A stretch of DNA of 63,322 nucleotides, the filler included, from Lenisia limosa (taxonomy: Eukaryota; Protista; Breviatea), in the NCBI GenBank assembly GCA_001655205.1. It is 8 parts of 8 records of this genome, joined end to end, with 100 filler letters (N's around TTAATTAATTAA, not from the genome) between each part and the next. Parts side by side here need not be neighbours in the genome. Positions count along the whole stretch, not along the records: positions 40,894 to 50,031 come from LPNZ01011497.1; positions 50,132 to 51,917 come from LPNZ01003412.1; positions 52,018 to 58,231 come from LPNZ01001208.1; positions 58,332 to 61,108 come from LPNZ01004168.1; positions 61,209 to 63,322 come from LPNZ01004006.1; 3 more parts are not named here. One strand, 5' to 3'. Within the stretch, counting starts at the first letter, position 1. The number at the start of each line of letters is the position of its first letter. The position numbers and the translations under genes were made by a program. Below are positions 49,758-61,698 of the stretch, one piece after another. The notes beneath the pieces were generated by a model that worked only from the letters and a program-made list of their open reading frames with translations, had not been told where the DNA came from and searched no databases.

Positions 49758-51850
49758 TTACAAAGTGCTTGCAGCTCTGCGCTCCTCCGCCTCCTTCACA
49801 CGCATGGTTTCCCTATTGAAGAAGGAACGGACGTATTGTGACTATATGGGTCAAAGTGCAAAATGACATCACTGTAATACCTTTTTATCCCATTTCCCAG
49901 TGTTCTTTTAACAATAGGAAGTTCAACACAATAAGCAATAAAAAAGTGATTTGTACGAACCTCGGATTTGGTTGGGATGGCCAGAGCTCGGGGGACGGTT
50001 AAAACGTGGAGAGTTCCCACTGCATCTCCAANNNNNNNNNNNNNNNNNNNNNNNNNNNNNNNNNNNNNNNNNNNNTTAATTAATTAANNNNNNNNNNNNN
50101 NNNNNNNNNNNNNNNNNNNNNNNNNNNNNNNATCAACGCTTCAAGACTAAGCTGTTTACTCAGGGAACGGGAGCAGGCAAGGGGCTGTATCGAAATAAAC
50201 ACCTCGTGCAGAGTCTGCAGAGTTAACATTTGAACACGAGCTTCGCTTTTGATTGAGGCAAACTTGATGATATTTCTTAACACCCTTGCAAAGCCACAAT
50301 TCTTAACACCTTTGCAAAGCCACATATATCACTACTCATATGCAGTAATAGCCAGAGAATATCGATAAGCACATCAATGCAGCCTACTTCAGCGTCAGTT
50401 GAGAGTTTTGACATAGCTCGGTGCACTGAGGATTGGTTGGGAAGACACTGGAGGATGGTAAGTAGGGTATCGGAATATTACAAAAAGTTCTATCGTTCCA
50501 TTTACTATAAAAAGTTCTATTGTTGCTTTATACTATTAATACGATGAGTTAATGTCCACTGTTCGTTAAACCAACCTCTATGGAGACACCCTCGATGAGA
50601 GAAGCCAACATAACCACGCCCGCCGTATAGCCTTGAGTGGCAAGGGCAAACCTGAAATGATGAATACGGAAACAGAAGAGACTAAAAAAAGAAAAAGAAC
50701 ACAAAGAAGTTATTTCAACGCGAGCACAAGATACCCCCTCACTTTTGTGCTTTATCGAGACCTTGGAGAATACTGCTAGGCATTGTGGTTTGAAGGAAAG
50801 AGGCAAGCCAAACCTGTATGGGGGGTGTAAATCAAAATTCACAGAAAACCGAAGTGGTTAGGTATATCAAAAGACACAATGGCAACCTTTTCCTACCTGC
50901 ATGGAAGGTCCCGTCACAGCGCTGCAGAAGAACTCCGATGGTAATGTCGTGACACAGAAACTGAAGATGGCCTGAAAACATCAATCAAAAAACAGAACAC
51001 TGTGTTCTTGACTACTATTCACGAAGGATAAATGAAGAAATACACATTTGTAGAAACAGGATATAAGACACAATAGGAAAAGAGCGTCACTTTAGAACCC
51101 ACAATGGCAGTAGTGGGCTGAAGATTAGTGAGACGAAGACAGTCGTCAACAGAGGTACGCGCTCTTTCAGTCCCAACTGCGCTCTAAAGGGTAATGCATG
51201 GTGCCAACAAACTCCCAAGGGATATCGTAATAATATGGAGTTTTAAGAAGTGTTTCTATGTATATATTATGTTTCAGCGGGTGGTACTTCACCAAAAAAA
51301 AGTAGACAAACACAAACCTCAGCCAATAAGGGAAAAAAGAGCAAACGTGCAGACGCAATTTGATCGTCTACTGCAAGAAGTGAGTAGGAATAAGTCAAAT
51401 GTCGTGGTAACCAAGAAGTATAAAGATCTAACGTAAAATGATAAAGCTAAAACCAAGGCATCTTACATGGGGGGTCAGGGCACGTTTTCTTGACAGGAGT
51501 ACCAGCAGGTACTGGAGCAAATTTCTGCCAATGGTTGAGGCAGGAAAGAAATGCGGTGCGGGATGGGGGAGAAGGCGGAGTGAGAGGAAGCCACATACTG
51601 CCTTCCGGGGCGGGTTTTTCTGGATTTGTCACATGGATGGGCGATATTGGTGTAAAGAAGTACAAAACAAATGTGATTAACTAGTTCGAGCGAGTACGCA
51701 TACATCGGGAGATGATCAATTTATTATAGTACTTCCATACCCGGAGCTTCATACACCCCCAATACCGAGAGCTTCAGCGCTCAGGCCAGCCAGGACAGTT
51801 CTAAGAGGCTTTGGAAGGCGGGTCGGAATAGTGAGAATCTGTTGTGGTAC
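49758..51850 (-). CDS. Multi-exon protein, unresolved; last exons resemble the C-terminus of WD40 dynein intermediate chains
   Basis: GTLHVLTVPRALAIPTKSE (~49970-50020) resembles the WDR63/DNAI3 C-terminus. The upstream exons lie across the linker at 50076 and may be a different gene. Confidence 0.35.
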
Positions 51851-52449
51851 CTACAACATTCAATACGATATATAGCAATGAGAAATAAAAAACAAGGTTG
51901 TATCTGGCTGAAGCCGTNNNNNNNNNNNNNNNNNNNNNNNNNNNNNNNNNNNNNNNNNNNNTTAATTAATTAANNNNNNNNNNNNNNNNNNNNNNNNNNN
52001 NNNNNNNNNNNNNNNNNCGTGGCTTGTGTTATTTTTAGAATGAGAATATGATTATGTTGATGAGCATTAATACTTTTGCTGTATCTTAGAGGTATATATT
52101 CATTTCACAGATTTCCTTTCCCTCAATCTTACAGATGTAAACATACGTGTACAAGAAATACACATAAATATGTAATAGTATACATCATTTTTGATAAAGT
52201 TACTTCAACAACTTAGATGTTCTTTTCTATTTTCTCTTACTTGCTGGTCTTATTTTATGCACAGTTCCTAACAATTACCATTACTCCTGATGGAAAACTT
52301 GAAATTTGGGCTCACCTTAAGTTCAGCTGAACGTGGCTGTCCTCTCATTTGTCAAGTCATTTATTTATCCAGTGTTTGAACCCCCACGAGATCCCTGTCA
52401 ACAGTACCTCTTGGTTGGTTGGGGGGGGGGGGCGTTTTCCTTTAATATG

Positions 52450-52547
52450 TAGGGCTTCACTTCGGTTCAAAAAAGACCGGTAAAATATCGATAGTTTTAG
52501 AGGATTTATCGAGAGATTCAGTCTTTGTTCGAACCGAAGTGAAGCCC
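52450..52547. mobile_element. TA-flanked palindromic MITE, family R2 (representative copy)
   Basis: TIRs GGGCTTCACTTCGGTTC / GAACCGAAGTGAAGCCC. Other full or partial copies at ~2022, 4335, 20906, 31497, 35125, 36833, 40940, 43150, 43440, 47335, 48045, 48160, 53230, 54855, 55210, 56813 and 62822. Confidence 0.8.
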
Positions 52548-53139
52548 AAATTATATGATGATGGATCAGTGTGGGTGATAGTGATGGTCGAAGTCAGTTC
52601 TACATTAAATATAAACCACACGGGTACATTTTTGTTACGTCTTTATGATTCGACCGATCCAGATTTTGGTTATATCCCCACTATGCCCTTCCAACCGTCA
52701 TCTATCAATTCCCCAAATTAATGTGATATTTGTCACTGGTTTTACTGCTCATCTTCTTCATTAGTATTAGTGCTTTCCCTACCGATTGAAGCTAATTAAT
52801 ATTAGTGCTTTCCCTACTGAGGGAAGCTAATTAATATTCCCTGGTATGGTTCGTATCTCATGAAGCCGTTCCCTTCAAACACTTCAGTTTTATCTTACCA
52901 TCACTCCCTCTACCCCTTCCCCTCTTCCTCACCCATTTTGTCTACTCCCTTACTCTACCCCCGTTGCCCTCTACGGTTGATTGTGGGTTTTTTTTGTGAC
53001 GTATTTTTTCCTTTGTTACCCCCCCCCCTCTGACAGCCAAAAGGGATAATTTGGGCTTTTTTGTTTCTTAAATTTTCCAGTTTTACTCCGCGCCCCCATC
53101 TTTCACTCTCCATTTTACCCCCTTCCATCTTATTGACTC

Positions 53140-56100
53140 AGCGAATGCATTGACGGCACCTATCGAAACGCTGGCTTGAGTTGTAGTATATGCCCTGCGG
53201 TAAGGGGGAGTCAGAGATTAGGCTCTAGGTAGGGCATACCGGTAAAATATCGATAGTTTTTCGAGGAAAAATTCAGTCTTTTTTTCGAACCGAAGGTAAG
53301 CCCTAGCTCTAGGCAATGGTTTTTTTTAATTGTCAATTTTCACAATAAATTTCTAAAATGAAATTCTCGTTAGTATTTGTCCCACATCAAATTAATTGCC
53401 CAAATAAATATAATAATACCTAGAACGAAAGGGACAGATTTAACGCATTGTTCAACTAGAACGAAAGGGTCAGATTTGACACATTGTTCAACTAGAACGA
53501 AAGGGTCAGATTTGACGCATTGTTCAACTAGAACGAAAGGGACAGATTTAACCCATTGTTCAACTAGAAGGAAGGATAGATTTAACGCATTGTTCAACTA
53601 GAACGAAAGGGATAGCTTTAACCCATTATTTAACTGGAACGAAAGGAACATATTTAACGCATTAGTTATCAAGAGAGGATATGATTATACCACAAACGTG
53701 GAATGGATAAGAACACATTTGTCTCCTGAGTATATCCTCATTTTTTAAATATTCTTGATTTTAGGACCGTCAGGTCTTTATGATACATTTTCACTCAGGA
53801 ATTTAATGAATCCAGGGGATGATTGGTGATGGGAACGGAGGATGCAAGTCCTGTACAGAAGGCTACACAACCGGAAACACGGTAGAGACCGAATGTCAAA
53901 GTGTTGGTGGCTCTCGTTGTTTGTTTTTGATATTTGTCTGCTTTAAATGCACAATCTTTATGCTGATGAAGTTCAAATAACACATCACTTTTAATTGCCG
54001 TACTCTGGTCTTCAGGGGCTATTATTAGTCTTTTGATACAACGAGCTTTTTACTTCAAGTGTATTTATAACTTTACTGAATCATGATTCTTGTTTCTTTT
54101 TACACCAATTTCATACTATAGTTTTATGTTTTTGTTTTTATTTTGTGTGTACGTTTTATTTGCCTACATAAAATCATGAAAGGCACACAGTAAGCTGTAT
54201 GCATAGTTGTAACGCAGATGACTGGGTGAATATAAATTATACTATAATCCTATATCTTTGAGAAGCGTGATGTTGTTGACGGCTTCAGCCAGATACAATC
54301 GTGTTGTTTACTCATCTCTATTGTCTATAATTTGCGCAACTGCTCAAGTTTTTGTTATTTTTTTTGATAGTACATTACCTAATTTGTTTGACTATTGACA
54401 ATCACGATAATAACGCTTATAGTGTACTGAGCCAAATTCCGAGGTGAACATGATATATACCGGATGCGTCTGTATTCCTGGAACCGAACGCAATGGTACA
54501 AGTATGTTGTTATTTGATAACTATTAATTAGCACTTAATATACAATTTGAAAATAATGTATCTGAAATGGTATTTTCGTACTATATGTCGTACTTCAAAT
54601 TTAGAAATTAATTTCTTCAAATAATTGTTCGTAGTCATAATAATTATACAGAATCCTTGGGATAGGAAAAGGTATAAAAAATATAATTATCATGCGTTTG
54701 CGTCTTGGGTCATGTCAAAAATAGGTAGCAATGTTGTATATTATTCTAAGTGTTATCTATATTGGATGTTCAAGCTAACTTTTAAGGTTGTTTACCTTGC
54801 GGAGTTGGCTTCTACAGGGACGTGACCATGCAAAAATGTTCGGTTTGTGGGTTTTAGGGCTTCACTTCGGTTCGAAAAAAGACGGAGTTTCTCTATTCAC
54901 CTCGAAAACTATCGCGATTTTTTGATGCAATAGTTGTTGGAAATTGTTGGTAATTGTTGGAAATTGTTGGAAAATGTTGGAAAATGTTGGTAGTGGTGGG
55001 GTAAGTAATGTGGTATGCTCGGATGCAATTATTTATCTAAATATGTTTTTCAGGAAATATTAAGTAATGATGGAGTACTTGTGTAATGGGAACATTTGAT
55101 TGAGTGCTTGTGTAATGGGAACATTTGATTGAGCGCTTATGTAATGGGAACATTTGATTGAGTGCGGTGCAAATAATGTATTACTTGTGTTATGGCTTCT
55201 GACTAAGGCTTTTCCGGTACCAAACAAATCGGTATAATATCGGTATCTATCGATGGTTTATCAATATTCAGTTTTTTTTTGTTGCAGAAGGGAAGCACTA
55301 TTTCTGACGTATTTAGGAATGTAATGCCGGGTATTGTGATGAAGCCATCAGTGACCTAATGACTTTGGTGAGTTAACGTTCTACTCAGACATTCTAAGAA
55401 ATGCTGAATCTTTCTCTCCTTGCATGCCAATAAAGGATATGATTGAACCAAAACCTATTTGCCTGAATAGTTTCATTTCGAGGTTCATTTTGAGGTTCAT
55501 ATTATAAGAATATCTCTATGACTGACGATTTTATTTTATGATATTTTGAAGGGAAATTTGACAAATATCAATCGACTAACACCAGAGCCGTTGCAATATG
55601 ATAGTTTTTTAACGAATCTAGTGCCCTTCGTCCTACATGACCGCGAATGCCCCTTATTCCTCAATTGATGATTGGTTGGCTCCGACGAAATAATTCAATT
55701 TTCGAAAAATAGCAACTCATATAGAACAATATTTTCTATCTCAAAGCACATCTACAACAAAATCTCCGATACAATGATGGCTTCAATCACATAAACTTGC
55801 TTAGCAGATAGTTGGTTCAATTCAATTTTTTGCCAATAACTGCTTTCGAAAATCTCTTATATACACTTAGTAAATGCCTGCCACAATACATTCGTCAATC
55901 TCCTACAGTTTGTGCATTGTGTCAAGGGGGAATGTACCCTCAAGACAACGTCTGCACCATTTGCCCTGATAATACCTATTCAACCGGGGAGTTTGCTGAA
56001 TGTAAACCCGTGAGAGGGAAATAGTTGATTTGCACTTATTTTTCCTCATTTGTCTTGTTCATGTTTTTTTTTCCTGATTCAGTTTATTTTTGGTGTTTTC

Positions 56101-57781
56101 ACATTTATGATTATATTGCATCATGACGACACCACTTCCAGTGCCCCGCCGGCAGCGTCACCGTCGGCACCACCGCCAATGAGCGTTATTCATTAAATGA
56201 CTGCTCTTGTCCCGAGCCGGGCTACTTTCTGACTTTGACAAGTTCCGGCTACGTCTGCTCCATGTGTTCCCAGGGTCGGCTTTGGTTGAGTGACGTGTGT
56301 TAAATTTAGTCTTGACCTTTGTCTTGGACTGCAGCATTTCATCACAACGTTATATCGAGGATTTGTCAATGATTAGCTTTTCGGATCTAAAACTAAAGCT
56401 CTTACAAGAATTGCTGAGCTTTCTGCGTTAACCCATTCTATTGTCATTTTCTTATGCATGGATACCGTATTGACCCTTCCCCCAGGCATGGCACCCTTGA
56501 ATGGTACGTGTCAAGTCTGTGATGTCGGCACTTACAGCCCTGTCGGAACAGAATGTATATCCGTGAGGGGTGTCATAAGATTTTAAAATATGTATTGCTG
56601 TGAAAAAAAATAAAGGGGGGGGGGGGTAACAAAAATAAAGCAATCAATGGCANNNNNNNNNNNNNNNNNNNNNNNNNNNNNNNNNNNNNNNNNNNNNNNN
56701 NNNNNNNNNNNNNNNNNNNNNNNNNCAGAGTATTTTTCTGTAGGAGGGAAGCGGGTGCATACTGTACTAAATTTGTAATACACATCATTCTGAAACTGAT
56801 TGAATTGTCGTGGGCTTCGGTTCAAAAAAAAAACTGAATTTCTCGATAATTACTCGAAAATTGTCGATAATTTATGCCCAAGGTATAATATTCATATTGA
56901 CTATAATATCCAATGTATACTATTAGCCAGTATCTGATCATTTAGTGTCCTGGTGACTTGACGACAGTTGGAACCTCACCGGGTGACCACGCGGCTCTCA
57001 GTAACTGGTACGGAGAGGGGGTGACTGAAAGAAGATGATGGAGGAGAGAAGATGACGTGTTGATAGCTAGTTTTCAATAGAGTGAGCGCATTCAGAGCAC
57101 CAAAATTTGTCTAGTATTCGCTGTTTGTAAAAAAAAGGACGAAAAATCTCAAGGAATTCTGATAACAAATATTTCCAGGTTTTACATACGTATTCTTTGA
57201 CCCTTCCAGTGTCTGTGGGGATATGACGGAAGCTTATCCAGATTCCCTTACCTGCCGTCCATGCCCAGGCGCGTCTATTAGAATCGCAGGCGAGGTTGTG
57301 GGGGTTGTGTATCTCTTTTTTTTTGATTGAAGCGTCTACAAATGACATCTTTTACCATAGCATGAAATTTCAACTTCATTTAAAATTTATTGATCGTTTC
57401 AAGTTGACAGTTTTTTGTGGTGTTATTCACTTCTCAGTCTGAGTACTGTGAAGTCCTTCAGAATATGTACTATGATGAGTCAGAAGGTTCAGTCAAATAT
57501 TGCCCTTCATCATCAACGGTAGAGGTGGATTTCAAATAAGTGTGTAATGAAACTGACCTTAAACTCAACAAGATAGAGATAAATAAAACAAGATCTGGTT
57601 GTTGACCAGCTAAACTCTATTTCATATAAGACACTCATTTTCTGAATTGTTTTCCTTCATTTAACAACGTAGCAATTATTACCTATGGTTTACGGCGGTG
57701 ATCAGGCTTGTCACTGTGCCTCTGGAATGGAGTTCAACAGAATTCTTGGATTATGCGTGAACTGTCCTGCTGGCTCCGTGA
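53140..57781 (+). CDS. Cysteine-rich repeat surface/extracellular protein (GCC2/GCC3, ephrin-receptor-like Cys repeats), partial
   Basis: Exons give CIDGTYRNAGLSCSICPAG, CKSCTEGY, CGVGFYRD, CTICPDNTYS, CPAGSVT...CSCPEPGYF, CQVCDVGTYSP and CVNCPAGS. Confidence 0.85.
53419..53665. repeat. 36-bp minisatellite, ~6.5 copies, intronic
   Basis: Unit CTAGAACGAAAGGG(A/T)CAGATTT(A/G)AC(G/A/C)CATTGTTCAA, head-to-tail and decaying 3'. Confidence 0.95.
55079..55165. repeat. 29-bp tandem repeat x3; a 10-bp GTTGGAAATT-type run lies nearby at ~54945-54990
   Basis: GTGTAATGGGAACATTTGATTGAGTGCTT repeated. Confidence 0.9.
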
Positions 57782-58529
57782 GGTATGCTAAAATGTCGAT
57801 ACTGGAGCTGATGTTATGATTTGTTACGTATTCATTTTAATGTTGATATATTGGTGATGAGCTGTTGGGGTATTGAGTTGATATGAGACATTCTTGGAAA
57901 TGGTGAATGTTTTCATGCCCCCTTTCATAGCAATAGCGGTCAAACCAGACTATCTTCCATTAAACAAAAGAAGCTCAATAGTCTAATTTTTGTTTATCCT
58001 ATATTGAAATAAAACTGTTGTTAATCACGCTTCTGCTTCTAGAACTATTTTTATGGCTATTTGAGTTCTTGTTTAAACATTCATGCTGCTGATATGTTGG
58101 AGTCATGTCCATCCATAATTAAATATGTGCTTGGTTAAACAAAAAAAATATATATCTAGATATGTATATAAGCCGAGTTTGGCCTTGACCGCGTATTTGG
58201 CCTTGACCGCGTATCTGGCCTTGACCAGCCTNNNNNNNNNNNNNNNNNNNNNNNNNNNNNNNNNNNNNNNNNNNNTTAATTAATTAANNNNNNNNNNNNN
58301 NNNNNNNNNNNNNNNNNNNNNNNNNNNNNNNGGGGGGGGGGGTTGTGAAGAATTATTGAGGTCAGGGATTTATTGAGATTGTGAAGTATTTATTGAGAAG
58401 GTCAGTCTTTTTCATAATATTTCTTCAATTTATTCATACGATTTATTTTGCGGTGTTCCCTCCCAATCTCATTGGACTAACATGTTCTTTTTTAGTTGAT
58501 TGAACGTTCCTAACTTTTTTCCTGCTTAG

Positions 58530-61404
58530 TGGCTTGGATCCGCGTGTTCGCGCTGTTGTTGCCAACGTCATTCTCAAGAGGAGAGAGGAAGGCGCTGCTG
58601 TATGCTGGTGGTTTGTTGTTTTTTTTCTTTTTCTTTTCTTTCTTTTCCTGTTATTGTTTTTTTTTTGTATTTGTCGAAAATGTCTATTGTTTTGTTTTCA
58701 AATCAAAACTCTCTCCCCCTTCTAATGCCTTCAGATTCTTTATTCCACCCATATCCTCGAAGAAGTCGAGAATCTCGNNNNNNNNNNNNNNNNNNNNNNN
58801 NNNNNNNNNNNNNNNNNNNNNNNNNNNNNNNNNNNNNNNNNNNNNNNNNNNNNNNNNNNNNNNNNNNNNNNNNNNNNNNNNNNNNNNNNNNNNNNNNNNN
58901 NNNNNNTCATTAACATTTACACTGCCAGCACTCCCGCCTGAGAGCCCACGGAACCCCTGTAGAGCTGAAGGCTTCCCACGGTGAGGGGGTAAGTCGTAGA
59001 GAGGAAGGGGTTTTATACAATGACCTGGATAAGGCTTGACCTATTTTCCTTGGGAAATCACATAACAAATCGGGCAAGACTTCTCCCGGTCTATATGCTG
59101 GAGAATTATTCAGAATAATGTACCTCCACCCAGTGTCGGCCAGATACAAACTTCATCTCATCTCTATTTGATTATATTTTATGATGATCTCATTAAAAAT
59201 TAAATGGCATCCCTATGTATTTATTTATTTCCCTATATTTCTAATGGATACTATTTCTCTAGCAAATACAAGTTGTTCAACTCTATTGGCTAAATGGAGG
59301 CTATATGCGACAACTATGAAGCTCCATCCTAATCGTGGTAAAAACTCATATTTCAGGAGGCGAATACGCAGTTACCCTTGGTGTTGACGCGCGTAACCAT
59401 GTTCCCGCCCGCACCGTCATCTCAAAAGTGAGTTGAGGGAGTAGGTTAAAGGAATGAACCGTCCTCGCTGATGTAAGCGGAGATATCTGTGCAGAAACGC
59501 TCATAGTCAAAACACGCCAGTAGTACAACCCCATCATAATTCCGAAAAAAAGATAATTAAGCGAGTAATAAGCGGAGGGTTTGGCGAAATAGATGAAGTA
59601 GGTTAAGGGTGAGAAGAGAATTCCCTTCACTACCCCAGAGTTGATTTGGAACCTTTTTTCAAAAAAATAAATATCATGGTATATACATATATCGTACCCA
59701 AAATAATCATTCTAGATTCTTCCAATCGCCCGTCCTTTCATGGACCCCGGAGAGAACCTGGTTCTGACCCTGGAAAAGGCCGCCATCACCAACCTGCCGA
59801 GGCTCCTCAGAGCTCTTTCCTCCAGAAAGCTTCTCAACGAATGGGTGGGCTTCCATATTTGGCAAAGACTTTCCTTATTTGACAATTCTCTTTTGGCCAC
59901 TTACCATATAGGGTATGTCTCCTCCGTCCCTTCAATCTGTGTTCTTGAACCTCACCGCTGATATGAACGCCTCTGCACCTGCCACTCGATTCTTCAGTAC
60001 CCAAGTGGGGAGGTTCTTAGCGATGGCTGCTGAGCTTTGTTTGTTTTATTGTTCTCAGCCCTCGTGTATTATCGACCAACAGAGTTGATTTTGAGCTATG
60101 TATTTCAGAAATTTTGTGATTTTACTGGGCTTTATTTTGTTGTTATCAACCCTTGTGTGTTGTCAGCCAAGAGAGTTGATTTTCAAATTTTACTCCCACA
60201 CTGCCTTTTCCATCACTTTTCAAAACCAGTAGAGTTAATTTGGGATTTTTTGTTCCATAAATTTCCTTAGTTTTACTCCCCCAGAAGCAAGAGGGCGCCA
60301 AGGGATGCCAGCTGTGCAAGAGACGCGAAGCTGAGAGAGTTCGTGTCAAACTACCGAGTGGAGAAGTCATGTACATTACTGGCGTGTTCTGCGAGGTTTG
60401 TACAGAGTTGATTCTGAGTTTTTTTTTTTGAAGGTTAATGCGGGTAGATGATGGAAAATGGTTCTTTAACAGTTCACCCCCCTCAGCCTTGTGCAAACGA
60501 AGAAAACGAAGTCGACCTTAAGGACGAAGACGCTATTAAGGATACCAAGCCTGTTGACGAAGACGGGATTGAAAACATTGCTATTGAGGAGGAGGTGGGG
60601 GGTGTAATATGTTAAATGAAATTACATATAAATAATTGTGTGCAAGGGGGGTGAAACTGTTAGAGTGAGGGGATTGTAGATGAAGAACAAAAATTTCATT
60701 TAACATCTTTCTTCTATATTTTCTTTAAATTTAACTGATTTAGTTTATTTAATTTCTGTAGTTTATTTCAGCATCTTTAATTTCTTTGGTTTCTTTAATT
60801 TAACATCATATAATATTGACTTACATTTATTTCAACATTTTAATTTTTTTTCATTTCAACATAGCATTTGTTTACAATTTGCCACAACAGCTCTGACGAT
60901 TTCATTGATAATGAATAACAAGAACAGCAACAGCAACAATAGCAAGATGACTTTAATTTGACACTTTTAATTACTACTCTTTAAATTCATCATATGCATG
61001 ATTCCTCTGACGATTTTAGGCTTCTGAGAGAGTAAACCTCCGGCCAAAGGGAGTGGAGTTCAGCAGTGACGTCAGCTGGTAAGGGGGTTATGTTGGTGGT
61101 TGGGGGGGNNNNNNNNNNNNNNNNNNNNNNNNNNNNNNNNNNNNNNNNNNNNTTAATTAATTAANNNNNNNNNNNNNNNNNNNNNNNNNNNNNNNNNNNN
61201 NNNNNNNNAGGGGGGGGGGGGGAAGTTGAAGATTATTACTGCAAAGATACTAGGAGGGGGGTAAGGTTAAATAGTATAAGCATGAACCGAAAGAATGTCC
61301 TGATGAAGGTTCTTGGATATATTATATATTATCATAGGGCACCATCGCCACACATCTTTGAGAAAGCTACAACACAACAGTCAAGACAGATGGAACTGAA
61401 GTGA
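58530..61404 (+). CDS. ABCA-subfamily ABC transporter, C-terminal part
   Basis: GLDPRVRAVVANVIL, ILYSTHILEEVENL, RLRAHGTPVELKASHGGEY and WGMSPPSLQSVFLNL are typical of the ABCA NBD end and regulatory domain, followed by extra exons ending at TGA 61402-61404. Confidence 0.85.
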
Positions 61405-61698
61405 TCCTCGCCTTTATTATAGACTAATATTAGAACTTTCTACACCCAATATTCTACATCAAAATCCCTTTTGTTTACTTCCCCTTTCACAAGTTTTCGG
61501 TTATGGTGACTTTTTTTAGTATCTGTAGTTGAACATTAAAGAAAAGGATAATATTTGTATTAGTAGCTGTAGTTGAAAAATATGTATATAAAGTGATAAA
61601 TCTGGTACTTTTATGAAACAAAATGGTCAGTTTTTGCAAAACGTCTTTTAAACATCCCATTTTTTAAAAGTCAGGTTTTCGAAGTAATTTCACAATGT

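Noticed and set aside
53419-53665. 36-bp repeats as CRISPR, or the ORFs at 53370-53601 as proteins
   Set aside because: Units are head-to-tail with no spacers, and ORFs on both strands arise simply because the unit length is a multiple of 3.
57067-57348. Nested antisense gene in the Cys-rich gene
   Set aside because: The plus strand gives an in-phase exon (CVCGDMTEAYPDSLTCRPCPGA) that fits the host gene.
3276-61164. Recurrent TTAATTAATTAA palindrome as a biological motif
   Set aside because: It is always embedded in N runs and is an assembly linker with stops in six frames.
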